Counted from the first letter of the stretch, positions 46,462 through 57,314 are shown. The stretch: 64,000 nucleotides of DNA from an uncultured Fibrobacteria bacterium (GCA_963716395.1 OY970309.1:1664001-1728000), one strand, 5' to 3'. Program-made: numbers and translations. The notes: a model not told the origin generated them from the letters alone.

Positions 46462-47372
46462 GCCGTCGGCAACACCTTGCGCGGACACAATTGTCCGAAC
46501 GGGGTCACGGTGCCGACGGCCAGCAATTTACCGGCGGGCGAATAAATTCCGTAATCCGGAGATCCGGCGGGGTTAAGGTTTGCGGCCGCCGCCGCGCCCG
46601 GCATGGGAACATAGCCGGCCGCCGGAACGGGATTGCCGTTCAACAAGGCAGGCACCCAGGAAGGCCGCAATTGCAAGGCCGGCATGTGGTGTACGGCCCG
46701 TTCCAGCGGCAGCAGGTGATCGGATCCGATGACGGTTTCAGGGGCCACGGCATCTTCGACCCGGAACGGGCCGATGGACAGACGGCGGATCTTTTCAGCC
46801 ACAGCCCCGCACCCCAGGAGTTGTCCAATGTCATGCGCGATGGTGCGCACATAGGTGCCTTTGGAACATTCCATTTCCAAAGTCGCGGTTCCGGGAGAAA
46901 ATTCGATCAACTCCAGGCGATGAACCCGGACACGGCGCGGTTGCAAAACCACGGTTTCACCAGCACGCACCCGGTCACAGGCGCGTTTCCCCCGGATCTT
47001 CACCGCCGAATAGGCGGGCGGCAGTTGTTCGATTTCGCCCCGGAATTCCGGAAGCGTGGCTTCGACCCGGGCCGCGGTAATATCCGCGGCCGACCGTTCC
47101 TCCAGCACCCGCCCTTCGCCGTCGAAGGTATCGGTCGTCACCCCCAGGCGGAGGGCGAAGCGATAACTTTTCGGCTGGATTTCCAGAAATTCCAAGAGGC
47201 GCGTTCCCAGACCCACGCCCACCACCAACAGTCCCGATGCGGCGGGATCCAAAGTGCCGGCATGCCCGATTTTCTTTCCGCGGAAGACGCGTTTCACCGG
47301 ATACAGGGCCTGGAACGAAGAGACCCCCTCGGGTTTATCCAGCAGCAGCAGGCCGTCTTGCGCCGGAGTCAA
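46458..47372 (-). CDS. truB: tRNA pseudouridine(55) synthase
   Basis: KIGHAGTLDP, PPAYSAVK and CSKGTYVR. Confidence 0.97.
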   Translation of the reverse strand: MTPAQDGLLLLDKPEGVSSFQALYPVKRVFRGKKIGHAGTLDPAASGLLVVGVGLGTRLLEFLEIQPKSYRFALRLGVTTDTFDGEGRVLEERSAADITAARVEATLPEFRGEIEQLPPAYSAVKIRGKRACDRVRAGETVVLQPRRVRVHRLELIEFSPGTATLEMECSKGTYVRTIAHDIGQLLGCGAVAEKIRRLSIGPFRVEDAVAPETVIGSDHLLPLERAVHHMPALQLRPSWVPALLNGNPVPAAGYVPMPGAAAAANLNPAGSPDYGIYSPAGKLLAVGTVTPFGQLCPRKVLPTA

Positions 47373-47749
47373 GCGGCCCCCCCGGGCGTGCCGCGGTCCG
47401 GCGGCGTTGGTTCGGGCGGCAGGGTTTTCAGCAGCTCGGCGATGCGGAATCCGTGATCGAGGTTGCGATCGATTTCAAACAAGAGACGGGGCACGGTGCG
47501 CGTCTGCAGCGTTTTGGCCAGGTGCGTGCGCATGCGCGGCGCTTCCTGGGCCAGCGAAGCCAGGGTGCGTCGCTTTTCCGCCTCGTCTCCGAACACCGAC
47601 ACCAGCACTTTGGCCTGACTCAAATCGGCGGTGAGGTCGACGCGTGACACGGTGAGAAAACCGAGCGGCGATCGCGCCAGATCGCGCAGCAAATAGGATC
47701 CAATTTCGCGTTGGATGACGTGGCCGAGGCGTTCGGTGCGTCGCGACAT
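47369..47749 (-). CDS. rbfA: Ribosome-binding factor A
   Basis: TVSRVDLTADLSQAKV..RTVPRLLF; conserved operon position. Confidence 0.95.
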   Translation of the reverse strand: MSRRTERLGHVIQREIGSYLLRDLARSPLGFLTVSRVDLTADLSQAKVLVSVFGDEAEKRRTLASLAQEAPRMRTHLAKTLQTRTVPRLLFEIDRNLDHGFRIAELLKTLPPEPTPPDRGTPGGAA

Positions 47750-47780
47750 GCTGGGCTCGAAAGGCGGGTTCTCCGCCGCG

Positions 47781-50654
47781 TCAGGCGTTGACGGGCGTCA
47801 GTTTGCGGGCCACTTCCACCTTGCGGAAAAAGGCCAGAACGTCGCCTTCTTGAATGTCCTTCAAGCCTTCGAGACCGATGCCGCATTCCATGCCGGCTTT
47901 GACGGATTTGGCATCGTCTTTTTCGCGTTTGAGCGACACCACTTTGGCCTCGCCCACTTCGATGCCGCCGCGGTAAAGACGGGCTTTGAGATCTCGTTCG
48001 ACCAGGCCGCTTTGCACCTTGCAGCCGGCCACCGTGCCCACCTTGGGAATGCGGAAGAGCTTGAGAATCTGCGCTTCGCCCGCCACTTCTTCGCGGAGTT
48101 CGGGCTGCAACATGCCCTCCATGGCGGCTTTGATTTCGTCGACCACTTCGTAGATGATGCGGTAGCTGTTGATGGTGACGCCTTCCTGCTCGGCCAATTC
48201 GCGTACCGACTCCGAAGGCAACACGTGGAAGGCGATAATGAGCGCCTCGGAAGCCGCGGCCAGATGCACGTCGGCGTCGCGCACTGCGCCGACGCCCTTA
48301 TGGATGACCAACACGCGCACTTCTTTGGTCGAAAGTCTTTCCAGCGCCGTGGCGATGGCTTCGACCGAACCGTCCACGTCGCCTTTGATGATGACCTTGA
48401 GTTCGTGGAACTCGCCCGACTTGATTTGATCGTAGAGCTGATCGAGGGTGATGTGGCGTTTCTGCCGCAACTCGCGATCTTTGGCCGCCATGCGGCGGCG
48501 CCCCGCGATTTCGCGCGCCTCGCGTTCGTCGCCGACGACCATGAACGAATCGCCGGCCTGCGGCGTGCCTTCGAGGCCCAGTACCTGCACGGGCGTCGAG
48601 GGCCCGACCTCGTTGCGGGGATTGCCGCGTTCGTCGAGCAGAGAGCGTACCTTGCCGGCGAAGACACCGGTAACGAAGGGGTCGCCGACCCGTAAGGTGC
48701 CGTTTTGCACCAGCACCGAAGCCACGGCGCCTTTTCCCTTATCCAGACGCGATTCGAGCACGGTGCCGCTGGCCGGCCGCTCGGAATGGGCCTTGAGATC
48801 GAGAATTTCGCTTTCGAGCGCCAGGGTTTCCAAAAGTTTATCCATGCCGGTGCCGGCTTTGGCCGAAATTTCGAGACAGGGATATTTTCCGCCCCATTGC
48901 TCCACTTCGACGCCGTTCTCCGCCAATTGAGTCCGGATTTTATCCGGGTTGGCGGTGGGCAAATCGATTTTATTGATGGCCACCACGATTTGGCAATTGG
49001 CGTTTTTCGCCAGTTGAATGGCCTCGCGGGTTTGCGGCATGACCATGCTGTCGGCGGCCACCACCAACAGCACGACGTCGGTGACGTTGGCTCCGCGGGC
49101 GCGCATGGCCGAAAACGCTTCGTGACCCGGGGTGTCGAGAAAGCAAATCGGTCCGTGGATGGTGTCGACAAGATGGGCGCCGATGTGCTGGGTAATGCCG
49201 CCCGCTTCCCCCGCGATCACATTGGTCTTGCGGATGTAGTCGAGAATCGAAGTCTTGCCGTGATCGACATGACCCATGACCGTGATGATGGGCGCGCGTC
49301 GCGTGCCGCCTTCACCATCGTCCGTTTCGCCGGCAGCCGCCGTCTCCTGGGCGTATTCGTCCATGAGCTGGGCCTCATAGCCGAATTCGTCGGCGACAAG
49401 GGCGATGATTTCGTGATCGAGCCTTTGATTGATGGTCACCATGAGACCCAATTCCATGCACTTGGCGATGACCTGGGCCGGCAATACGTTCATCAAGCCG
49501 GCCAATTCACCGATGGTCACGAATTCCGAAACCGTGAGTTGTTTCTTTTCTTCACTGCCCTCTTCTTCGCCTTCTTCCTTGTGGTTCTTCAGACGGCCCT
49601 TGGCACCCGGCGATCGCGAAAGGCTGGCCATCACCTTGCTGACGTTGTTGCGCGCCGCAAGCAATTCCTGTTCGATTTGCTCGCGCGATTTGCGGCGATG
49701 GCCTCCGCCGCCGCGGCGTTGCGGCGTGTGACCGCCTTCGGTGCGGGCCCGTTCCTTTTCTTTCTCCTTGTCGCGATCGGTCCAGCCGGTGTTGACCACA
49801 CCTGCTTCCTGGGCGCGCAAGGCATAGATGTCTTTGGGCGGTTCGAAACTGCGTTCACCGCTCGGACGGTCGGGCCGCGGGCTGCGTGCGCCGAAGCCGC
49901 CTCCGGGCGCTGATCCGGTGCGGTTTCCGGGTCCGGTACCCGGAGTGCTGGGACGAAACGTTCCGGGGCCTCGCGGCGTGAAAGGTCCACTGCGACCCAG
50001 TCCGCCTTCGCGTCCCGGACTTCCGCGTCCCGGCCCGCCGGGCGCAACGCGATGCAGATGTCCGGAATATCCCTGCTCCCGCTCTTCGCGACTGCGGAAA
50101 CGCGCCGTGTTTTCGGCCTGGGTTTTGGCGATGCGGGCCAACAAGGCGGCATCGGGTTTTTCCACCGACACCTTGAGTTCGGAGTGCAATTCGCGCGCCT
50201 TGGCTTCGGCTTCGGCCGGGGTGGTCACCGGGCGCGGCGGGGCCGGCGCTTCGGGAACGGCCACCGGCGCGGGTTCGACCGGTGGCGGCAAATTCACGAC
50301 GGGCTCGACCGGCGCTTCGGTTTCGGTTTCGCTGGGCGCGACTGCGGCCGGAGGTTCCGGCCCGTCTAAGGCGGGTTCGGGCGCGGCCGCCGGAGTCGGG
50401 GGAACGATCGGCGCTTTTTTCAGCACCGCCCGCATGGGAATTTTTTTGCCGGCCTTCACCAGATCATCGCGTTCCTGCTTTTCCTTTTCCGCCACGATCA
50501 ACGGTTTGACTTTCATGAAGCTGGGCTGATCGATCATGCTGGAAGTCGATTTTACTTCGACACCGGCTTCGACCAATAACCGGACCAAGGTGTCGCCCGA
50601 AATTTCATATTGCTTGGCCAGCGAAGAGACGCGTTTTTTTGCGGATTCTGTCAT
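47781..50654 (-). CDS. infB: Translation initiation factor IF-2
   Basis: [21 protein letters not shown] and GMECGI. Start at 50654 ([14 protein letters not shown]). Confidence 0.98.
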   Translation of the reverse strand: MTESAKKRVSSLAKQYEISGDTLVRLLVEAGVEVKSTSSMIDQPSFMKVKPLIVAEKEKQERDDLVKAGKKIPMRAVLKKAPIVPPTPAAAPEPALDGPEPPAAVAPSETETEAPVEPVVNLPPPVEPAPVAVPEAPAPPRPVTTPAEAEAKARELHSELKVSVEKPDAALLARIAKTQAENTARFRSREEREQGYSGHLHRVAPGGPGRGSPGREGGLGRSGPFTPRGPGTFRPSTPGTGPGNRTGSAPGGGFGARSPRPDRPSGERSFEPPKDIYALRAQEAGVVNTGWTDRDKEKEKERARTEGGHTPQRRGGGGHRRKSREQIEQELLAARNNVSKVMASLSRSPGAKGRLKNHKEEGEEEGSEEKKQLTVSEFVTIGELAGLMNVLPAQVIAKCMELGLMVTINQRLDHEIIALVADEFGYEAQLMDEYAQETAAAGETDDGEGGTRRAPIITVMGHVDHGKTSILDYIRKTNVIAGEAGGITQHIGAHLVDTIHGPICFLDTPGHEAFSAMRARGANVTDVVLLVVAADSMVMPQTREAIQLAKNANCQIVVAINKIDLPTANPDKIRTQLAENGVEVEQWGGKYPCLEISAKAGTGMDKLLETLALESEILDLKAHSERPASGTVLESRLDKGKGAVASVLVQNGTLRVGDPFVTGVFAGKVRSLLDERGNPRNEVGPSTPVQVLGLEGTPQAGDSFMVVGDEREAREIAGRRRMAAKDRELRQKRHITLDQLYDQIKSGEFHELKVIIKGDVDGSVEAIATALERLSTKEVRVLVIHKGVGAVRDADVHLAAASEALIIAFHVLPSESVRELAEQEGVTINSYRIIYEVVDEIKAAMEGMLQPELREEVAGEAQILKLFRIPKVGTVAGCKVQSGLVERDLKARLYRGGIEVGEAKVVSLKREKDDAKSVKAGMECGIGLEGLKDIQEGDVLAFFRKVEVARKLTPVNA

Positions 50655-50754
50655 AATATTCAGGTGCAATGTAGTATTATTGGGCCCCGCAATTGCGCAA
50701 CGAGGCGACCTTACGAGGTGAGTCGGTTGCCCGCCGGCACAGTGAGAGCGGCGA

Positions 50755-51972
50755 TTATTCTTCGGCCGGCTTTTTCTTGGCGAACAGCGATTCCAATTCG
50801 GAGAACTTACTGGAGGCCGAAGCCGGCGCGGTTGCGGCTTCGATTTGCGGCTTCGCGCCCTCCGTCGGTTTGAAGAGGCCTTCGCGCTCCTCTTCGGGCA
50901 TGTTATTGAACTCGGTTTGCCCGTAGATATCGAGTTCGCGTTCCACCAGCTTGCTGGCCAGGCGCACATTCTGCCCGCCGCGTCCGATGGCTTGGGACAA
51001 ATCCTCGTCGGCCACGATCACCACCACCCGGCCGTCGCTGATGTCGGTAATCTGGCGGATGTTCGCCGGTGAAAGCGCCCGGCGAATGTACACGCTGAGA
51101 TCCTCGCTCCAGTGGATGATGTCGATGCGCTCGTTGCTGAGCTCGCGCACGATGGCCTGTACGCGGTTCCCCTTCATTCCCACGCAGGCGCCCACGGGAT
51201 CGATGCGCTCGTCTTTGCTGATCACCGCGATTTTGGCGCGAAAGCCGGGATCGCGCGCCACGCCTTTCACGATCACGATGCCGTCGCCGATTTCGGGCAC
51301 CTCGAGTTCAAAGAGCCGGGCCAAAAGTTCGGGATGCGTGCGTGACAGCAGAATCTGCGGGCCTTTGGTGTTGGTGCTGACGTTGGCGATATAGGCGCGG
51401 ATGGTGTCGCCCTGGCGGTAGCGCTCTTTGCGGATTTGCTCCTTAAGCGGAAGAATGCCTTCGGTTTTTCCCAGGCTGATGAGAATGTTCCCGCGATCCA
51501 CCTGCTGCACCGAACCCGACACCAACGAGCCGACGCGATGCTGGTACTCTTCGAAAATCTTCTCGCGCTCGGCGTCGCGCACCTTTTGCAGCAACATTTG
51601 CTTGGCGGCCTGCACGGCGGCCCGGCCGAAATTTTCCACCGGGATTTCCATTTCGAGGTAGTCGCCGGCCTCGGCTTCGGCGTTGTATTCGCGCGCTTCG
51701 TCGAGCAGCATGTATTTCTCGTCGAAGGCCGACACCTCTTCGGCCGTCATTTCCGGCGGCACGTCGGGATAATCCTCGACCACGGTCACGCGCAGAAACA
51801 CGCGGATGTCCCCGCTCTCGGGGTCGATGTCGGCCTCGATATTCTTCTGCAGGTTGAGATATTTCCGCGCGGCATTCACCAGCGCCTGCTTGAGGGTTGA
51901 AACCACCACGTCGTTGTTCAGGTTCTTCGACTTGGCGATGAGGCTCAGACTTTCGAGAATGTCGCTGGCCAT
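50755..51972 (-). CDS. nusA: Transcription termination factor NusA
   Basis: FGRAAVQAAKQ, FELEVPEI, DPVGACVGMKG and AIGRGGQNVRLAS. Confidence 0.98.
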   Translation of the reverse strand: MASDILESLSLIAKSKNLNNDVVVSTLKQALVNAARKYLNLQKNIEADIDPESGDIRVFLRVTVVEDYPDVPPEMTAEEVSAFDEKYMLLDEAREYNAEAEAGDYLEMEIPVENFGRAAVQAAKQMLLQKVRDAEREKIFEEYQHRVGSLVSGSVQQVDRGNILISLGKTEGILPLKEQIRKERYRQGDTIRAYIANVSTNTKGPQILLSRTHPELLARLFELEVPEIGDGIVIVKGVARDPGFRAKIAVISKDERIDPVGACVGMKGNRVQAIVRELSNERIDIIHWSEDLSVYIRRALSPANIRQITDISDGRVVVIVADEDLSQAIGRGGQNVRLASKLVERELDIYGQTEFNNMPEEEREGLFKPTEGAKPQIEAATAPASASSKFSELESLFAKKKPAEE

Positions 51973-51983
51973 GGCGTGCTCCT

Positions 51984-52442
51984 TTACGCGAATCTGATTT
52001 CCACTTTGGCCGAGGCCACATTGCGCAAGGGAATGCGCACGCGGCGTCCGGCGGATTCAATCACGGCCTCCTGCTCGTCGGCGGAGAGGAGGCGTCCCTG
52101 GAATTGCAGTTTCCCCTCCACCGGATCGCGGCAGACGACGCGCACGTCGCGGCCGAGATTGCGGCGCCAGTCGGCCGGGGTTTTGAAGGGCCGATCCAAT
52201 CCGGGCGACGAAACCTCCAGGGTATAGGAGTCGTCGCCCAACCAGTTTTCGGCGTCGAGTACGGCGGCCATCTCCCGGCTCACCTGGGTGCAATCGTCGA
52301 CGCTGACACCGGCGGGTTTGCCGATGAAAACGCGCAGCATGCGGCGTCGCCCCGTGCCTTGCATTTCCACGTCGACCAACTCCAGCCCCCGGGCTTCGGC
52401 AATGCCTTGCGCCAGCGATGATATTTTGTCCAAAACATCCAT
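51984..52442 (-). CDS. rimP: Ribosome maturation factor RimP
   Basis: GVSVDDCTQVSR and YTLEVSSPGLDRP. Confidence 0.96.
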   Translation of the reverse strand: MDVLDKISSLAQGIAEARGLELVDVEMQGTGRRRMLRVFIGKPAGVSVDDCTQVSREMAAVLDAENWLGDDSYTLEVSSPGLDRPFKTPADWRRNLGRDVRVVCRDPVEGKLQFQGRLLSADEQEAVIESAGRRVRIPLRNVASAKVEIRFA

Positions 52443-52470
52443 GCGACTTTCCGCTCGCGTTTCGGCCCCG

Positions 52471-52504
52471 AAAACAAAAACCCCTTTCGGGTTTGCCGAA
52501 GGGG
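52471..52504 (-). terminator. Terminator/attenuator hairpin in the rimP 5' leader
   Basis: Minus strand CCCCTTCGG-CAAAC-CCGAAAGGGG followed by TTTTTGTTTT, between the promoter and the rimP start. Confidence 0.7.
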
Positions 52505-52589
52505 CTCATCCCGACGGAGTTCGCCGTTTGTGGCAGACCCCGTCCGGCACCCGCGCCGCCAGAGCGGCGGAATGCCTGCTAAAAAGTAA

Positions 52590-52618
52590 AATGTAGTAGC
52601 TTTTGGCGAGCATGCCAA
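52590..52618 (-). promoter_or_regulatory. Sigma70 promoter of the rimP-nusA-infB operon
   Basis: Minus strand TTGGCA-17 nt-TACATT. Confidence 0.6.
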
Positions 52619-52649
52619 GCCGGCAAATAAGCGGAATCGAGGCGGAATT

Positions 52650-52871
52650 GTGATCGTCCTGAAAATTTTGGTCCTGTGCATCGTCGGCGCCGCCGGCATG
52701 GGCTTCAGCGTGCGCCATCTGCGGCGGAATTACCTTGAGGTGCGGGCCAAACCCCGCGGCTCGATCAAGACCATGGATTGGGTCTTCAACTACGGGCTGA
52801 GCTTTCTCTGGTTCGCCTACCTCTTCGCCTTTTTCGCCGGACTCATCGTCAATAATCTGATTCTTAAATAG
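52650..52871 (+). CDS. Small two-TM membrane protein
   Basis: Two hydrophobic segments; GAGG before the GTG start. Confidence 0.6.
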   Translation: MIVLKILVLCIVGAAGMGFSVRHLRRNYLEVRAKPRGSIKTMDWVFNYGLSFLWFAYLFAFFAGLIVNNLILK

Positions 52872-52903
52872 AATTCGGAATACGTAACTTAAAAGTTACC
52901 GAC

Positions 52904-53716
52904 TCATTCGCCAGCGGCGGGCGGCTGAGCTTTCACCCGTTCCCACAGCGCGTTCATAGCTTCGGATCTGAGCGAGGCGAAAGGGCTTCCCTGCTCCCGC
53001 GCGAGTTCTTCCATACGCCGGAAGCGCTCCATGAATTTGCGGTTGGCGTCGGCCAGCACGCGTTCGGGATCGAGATCGAAAAAGCGGCCCAAATTCACCA
53101 CGGCGAACAACAAATCTCCCAGTTCTTCGGCGGCGGCTTTCGGGTTTTCCGCCGCGGCCTGGAACTCGCGTAATTCTTCTTCGACCTTGGCCAACGGGCC
53201 TTTCCAATCGGGCCAGTCGAAGTTGGCCTTGGCGGCCCGCTTCTGGATTTTCAAGGCTTTGAGCAAGGCCGGAAGGTGGGTGGGAATTTCACCCAAGGCG
53301 CTGGCGAGCGACGATTTTTTTTCGGCCTTCTTCAACTCGTCCCATTGTTCCTGAACCTGCGCGGCTTTTTCCAGCCGGGTTTCGCCGAACACATGCGGGT
53401 GCCTGCGAACCAGTTTTTCGCATAAGCCTTGGATAACCGTCCCGACGTCGAAGCGGCGCGCTTCGGACGCCATCTGCGCATGAAACACGACTTGCAGCAG
53501 CAAATCTCCCAGCTCTTCGCGCATGTTGTCGACATCGTCGCGTTCGACGGCGTCGACGAATTCATAGGCCTCTTCGATGAGGCAGCTCAGGATGGAGGCA
53601 TGGGTTTGTTCGCGATCCCAGGGGCAGCCGTCGGGCGCGCGCAAACGCGCCATGATGCGGAGTAAATCCTCAAAAGTGTAGGCGGGAATTTCGTCAGAAT
53701 TGGAATGGGAATCCAT
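52904..53716 (-). CDS. mazG: Nucleoside triphosphate pyrophosphohydrolase MazG
   Basis: GCPWDREQT, EEAYE, EELGDLLLQVVFH, RRHPHVF and a second EELGDLLF. Confidence 0.96.
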   Translation of the reverse strand: MDSHSNSDEIPAYTFEDLLRIMARLRAPDGCPWDREQTHASILSCLIEEAYEFVDAVERDDVDNMREELGDLLLQVVFHAQMASEARRFDVGTVIQGLCEKLVRRHPHVFGETRLEKAAQVQEQWDELKKAEKKSSLASALGEIPTHLPALLKALKIQKRAAKANFDWPDWKGPLAKVEEELREFQAAAENPKAAAEELGDLLFAVVNLGRFFDLDPERVLADANRKFMERFRRMEELAREQGSPFASLRSEAMNALWERVKAQPPAAGE

Positions 53717-53878
53717 GGGGTTTCACAGCGGAAGGGGGAAGAAGCGAAGATAATAGAAGCGGCCTTGAAAATCTCCGATCTTCAAGCTGCCTTTCAATTT
53801 TGGCGGGAATTCGCCAAAGGCAGCCAACCGTGAATTGGTTCGCCGTTGGATTTCTGGCCCGAGAAGTCAAATTCAATC

Positions 53879-53907
53879 TTGATATCTGCTCAAACGTTCA
53901 GTACCAT
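53879..53907 (+). promoter_or_regulatory. Leaderless sigma70 promoter of dprA
   Basis: TTGATA-17 nt-TACCAT-6 nt-ATG (53914). Confidence 0.65.
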
Positions 53908-53913
53908 TTTCGC

Positions 53914-55095
53914 ATGGAATCGTCGCCCGCTTGGGTGTTTTCAGCAGAAGAACAAATTCTGTTGGGTTGTCTGGCTACGCAGGCCGGCCTGGGATACGTT
54001 GGCTTGAGCCGGCTTTTATCGGCGTTTTCTTTGCCCGGCAACATCTACAAAACCGGGGAGCGGGATTTGCTTGCGGCCAGTCCGGGGCTGTCGGTAGTTC
54101 AGGTGAAGGCGATTCGGCGGGGGCCGGATGCGGGTGCCTGGCAGTCGCTTTTACAGCGCTGCCGCCGATTGGGTCAACGCCTTCTCGTCCTGGGTTCGCC
54201 GGAATATCCGCGTTCCATCGCCGCGCTGCGCGCGCCTCCTCCGCTGCTTTTCGCCCAAGGCGAAGCGGGGTTTCCCGATGAAAGTCAGTCCGTGGCCATG
54301 GTGGGTACACGCCGGCCCACGGAATATGGGCGCCGTGCGGCGTATACTTTGGCGCGCGATCTGGCCCAAGCTGGCGTGACCATCATCTCGGGAATGGCCG
54401 CGGGTATCGACGCTGCAGCCCATGCCGGAGCCTTGGACGGCGCGGGCCAAACGCTGGCGGTTGTGGGTTGCGGGCTCGATATTCTTTATCCGCCCGAGAA
54501 TGCCGATTTGCGCCAACGCCTGTTATCCCGCGGCGCCCTGCTTTCCGAGTTCGCGCCGGGAACGCCCCCACGCCGCGGCCACTTTCCGCGCCGCAACCGC
54601 CTGCTCAGTGCCTTGGCGCGCGCGGTGATCGTGGTCGAAGCCGGAACGCGCAGCGGAGCGCTGATCACCGCGGCCTTCGCGCGCGACCAGGGCAAAGCGT
54701 TGTTCGCCGTTCCCGGATCCATTTTCAATCCTGCGGCCGCGGGTGCGCATGCCTTGCTGCGCCGGGGCGCGCGGCCGGCCGCTTCGGCGTCCGAGGTCTT
54801 GCAGGCCTGGGGAGAGAATAATCCGCGCTCCGTAGAAAAGGCGGGGGATTTGCGGCGTACGTTGACCACTTCCGATCGCGACGCGAAGGGGCAAGGGCAA
54901 CATCCCGTGTTGTCCCTGTGGCGCGGCGAGGAGGTTTGCGCTTTGGACGCCCTGGAAGAACGCGCGCAATCTGCGGGCCGGGAATTGCAAATGCGCGGCA
55001 TGGGATCGCTATTGCATGCTTTATTGCAATTGGAGATGCAGGGTTTGATCGAGCGGTTGCCCGGGTCGTTTTATCGCAATAAATCGGCATTGTGA
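53914..55095 (+). CDS. dprA: DNA-processing protein DprA
   Basis: VAMVGTR, SGMAAGIDAAAH, FPRRNRLLS and VEAGTRSGALITA. Confidence 0.95.
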   Translation: MESSPAWVFSAEEQILLGCLATQAGLGYVGLSRLLSAFSLPGNIYKTGERDLLAASPGLSVVQVKAIRRGPDAGAWQSLLQRCRRLGQRLLVLGSPEYPRSIAALRAPPPLLFAQGEAGFPDESQSVAMVGTRRPTEYGRRAAYTLARDLAQAGVTIISGMAAGIDAAAHAGALDGAGQTLAVVGCGLDILYPPENADLRQRLLSRGALLSEFAPGTPPRRGHFPRRNRLLSALARAVIVVEAGTRSGALITAAFARDQGKALFAVPGSIFNPAAAGAHALLRRGARPAASASEVLQAWGENNPRSVEKAGDLRRTLTTSDRDAKGQGQHPVLSLWRGEEVCALDALEERAQSAGRELQMRGMGSLLHALLQLEMQGLIERLPGSFYRNKSAL

Positions 55096-55203
55096 AATGC
55101 CCGTTTGCCGTGGGACAACAACTTCGCCGGGCGCGGTGAAACCTCCGCAGTCATGTGGGCAGCGGGTCGATTTGCAGTTATTCCGCATTACTTTTAACCC
55201 CAG

Positions 55204-55509
55204 ATGAAAAAGTCCCGGTTCCGGTTGCGCTGGATTTTGCTTGCGGTGGCGGTCGTGGTTTTATACCGCTTGTTCGCCGGTCCCACAGGATTCTTGAAAT
55301 TGGCGGAACTTCGGCGGCAGCGGCAAACGCAGGCGCGAATGATGGATAGCCTTGCCACGCGGCAACGCGAATTGGAAATCGAAAAGCAAAAGTTGCTGAC
55401 CGACTCCGCTTATCTGGAAAAAGTCGCGCGCCAGGAATTGGGCATGGCCAAGCCGGGCGAAAAAGTCTATCGCTTCATCCAACCCGATAGCGTCCGACGC
55501 GATCCCTGA
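55204..55509 (+). CDS. FtsB/DivIC septum formation initiator family protein
   Basis: TM segment, coiled coil, and YLEKVARQELGMAKPGEKVY. Confidence 0.9.
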   Translation: MKKSRFRLRWILLAVAVVVLYRLFAGPTGFLKLAELRRQRQTQARMMDSLATRQRELEIEKQKLLTDSAYLEKVARQELGMAKPGEKVYRFIQPDSVRRDP

Positions 55510-55518
55510 GCCAGAGCA

Positions 55519-55553
55519 AAAAAACCTCTTTCGGATCGCTCCGAAAGAGGTTT
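55519..55553. terminator. Hairpin terminator between convergent genes
   Basis: AAACCTCTTTCGGA-TCGC-TCCGAAAGAGGTTT, with a longer A run on the left. Confidence 0.8.
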
Positions 55554-55578
55554 GCGTCAACGTTGCGCGGAACGAATT

Positions 55579-56127
55579 TTATTTCTTCGGCTTTTCTTTG
55601 CAAGCGATGGCGTAACCCGCCAGCATGCCGTCCATGTAAAAGCGCGAAACGGTCAAAATCGAATTCAGGTTTTTGCCGTAGCGGGCCTCCTGCTGGGCTT
55701 CAAATTGCAGCGACTTGTCCTGCCACGGCGCCCGCACCAGCGATTCTAGCGAAGCTTCGCTGCCGACCACCCGGGACACCAGTTTCCCTAGCGGTTTGCC
55801 GAGCATTTCCACCTGGGTATGCCCGTAAAGTTGGCGAGCCGCTTCATTCCAACCGATGATGCGCAAATCGGGATCGGTGATCACCACCGCCGGGCCGCTG
55901 AGGCTGCGGTTATGCGTGATGGCCCGCGCCGTGCGCGCGTAGATTTCTTCGTCGAGAGCTTCGGGTGAAATTCCAATCTCCTCGACATAGCGCATGACCG
56001 CTTCTTCCGTAAGGCGGCGAGGACCCCGGCCGATGCGTTCGTACGGCATGCGTCCCTGGTCCAGCCAGTTGATTACGGTTTGCGCGGAGACATGGAACAA
56101 TTTTGCCACTTCTCCAGTCGTCAACAT
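55579..56127 (-). CDS. Excisionase-type HTH plus PAS domain regulator
   Basis: LTTGEVAKLFHVSAQTVINW; VVITDPDLRIIGWNEAARQLYGH..EMLGK. Confidence 0.85.
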   Translation of the reverse strand: MLTTGEVAKLFHVSAQTVINWLDQGRMPYERIGRGPRRLTEEAVMRYVEEIGISPEALDEEIYARTARAITHNRSLSGPAVVITDPDLRIIGWNEAARQLYGHTQVEMLGKPLGKLVSRVVGSEASLESLVRAPWQDKSLQFEAQQEARYGKNLNSILTVSRFYMDGMLAGYAIACKEKPKK

Positions 56128-56333
56128 TGCTTCAAACTCCTCAGCTTCGCCTGACGCTCATGCGGTGCGGAAGGCCGAACTTTCAATGGGCTTATTATTG
56201 CAGTCTTCATAGGATTTTTCAATGAGTTTCTTTTTTGAGGCTGGGAGAGTTTTTCCGCTCGTCCCGTCGCAACGAGCGTTGCGCCGGATGCTTCGGTGCT
56301 ATAATCCATCGAGAATACGGACACTTATAACAA

Positions 56334-57314
56334 ATGAGCAGCCGCGAAATCCCGGTTTATTTTGTCGGAGCCGATCCCGCTCTGGCGGAGCGTCTGCAAC
56401 ATTGCTATGAAAGCATTGAATGGGACCCGGAATACCATGTGCGCCCCGTTTTCCACTCCCTGACGCGGCACCAGGCCGATTCGGGCCTGCCGGCCCGGGG
56501 CGAAGGCCTGGTTTTCATCGAAACCAGCGACGACGTGGTGGAAGAATCGGCCCTCATCCTGTATTTGCAGCAGCGCAATCCCCGCCTGCAACTGGTGCTG
56601 CTGGCCGAAGACGATATCGATTATTTCAAAGTGGCCAGCCGGGGCCACATAGGGAATATCCTCAAGAAAGGGCGATTCGACGCCTCGGTGGTGCGGGCGT
56701 TAACGGTGCGGTTGGCGACGGGAAACATATTCGGATTCGCTCCTTATTTCCCCAACGGATATTCCCTCGGGCCGCTTATCCGCACCTATGCCGGAACCGT
56801 GGATCTCGCCGAGTTGATCCAGGACACCTACGAGTTTTTCGGGGAATGCGTTCCCGAGGAGAATCAACTCCACTTTCGCATGTTTCTGCATGAATTGCTG
56901 AGCAATACCTTCGCCTACGCCATCGGCGGAATTTCGCCCGATGAGCGCGATCAGCTCGGCGCGCAGCCCCCGCCCCGTCTTTTCATTCCCGACCGCAAGG
57001 GCATCAAGGTGAGCTTGGCCGCCGACGCCGAAAAGGTCGGCGTGTCGGTGCAGGATTCCACCGGAAATCTGAGCCTGTTGCGGGTGTTGGAAAAGTTGCG
57101 CCGCCAGTCGCGTATCGGCGGCGAAACGGCTCCGCCCGGTTTGCTCGACGAAACCGGACGCGGCATTTCGCTGGTGTACCGTTATAGCCGCCTCATCGTG
57201 AACATTCTGCGTGGGGTCCGCACCGAAACGATATTCCTGCAATACCACCGCGAAGAGATGAACCGTTACGAAAGCATCATCGTCACTGAAGTGGCGCCGC
57301 TGCAAGTTTCGTAA
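56334..57314 (+). CDS. Receiver-like plus HATPase (anti-sigma kinase-like) protein
   Basis: LHELLSNTFAY, VSVQDSTG and ETGRGISL. Confidence 0.65.
   Translation: MSSREIPVYFVGADPALAERLQHCYESIEWDPEYHVRPVFHSLTRHQADSGLPARGEGLVFIETSDDVVEESALILYLQQRNPRLQLVLLAEDDIDYFKVASRGHIGNILKKGRFDASVVRALTVRLATGNIFGFAPYFPNGYSLGPLIRTYAGTVDLAELIQDTYEFFGECVPEENQLHFRMFLHELLSNTFAYAIGGISPDERDQLGAQPPPRLFIPDRKGIKVSLAADAEKVGVSVQDSTGNLSLLRVLEKLRRQSRIGGETAPPGLLDETGRGISLVYRYSRLIVNILRGVRTETIFLQYHREEMNRYESIIVTEVAPLQVS

Noticed and set aside
52904-55095. mazG/dprA as an anti-phage defence pair
   Set aside because: Both are ordinary full-length housekeeping forms, divergently oriented in a core region.
55579-56127. Excisionase marking a mobile element
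   Set aside because: The HTH is fused to a PAS domain, and there is no integrase or att-like repeat nearby.
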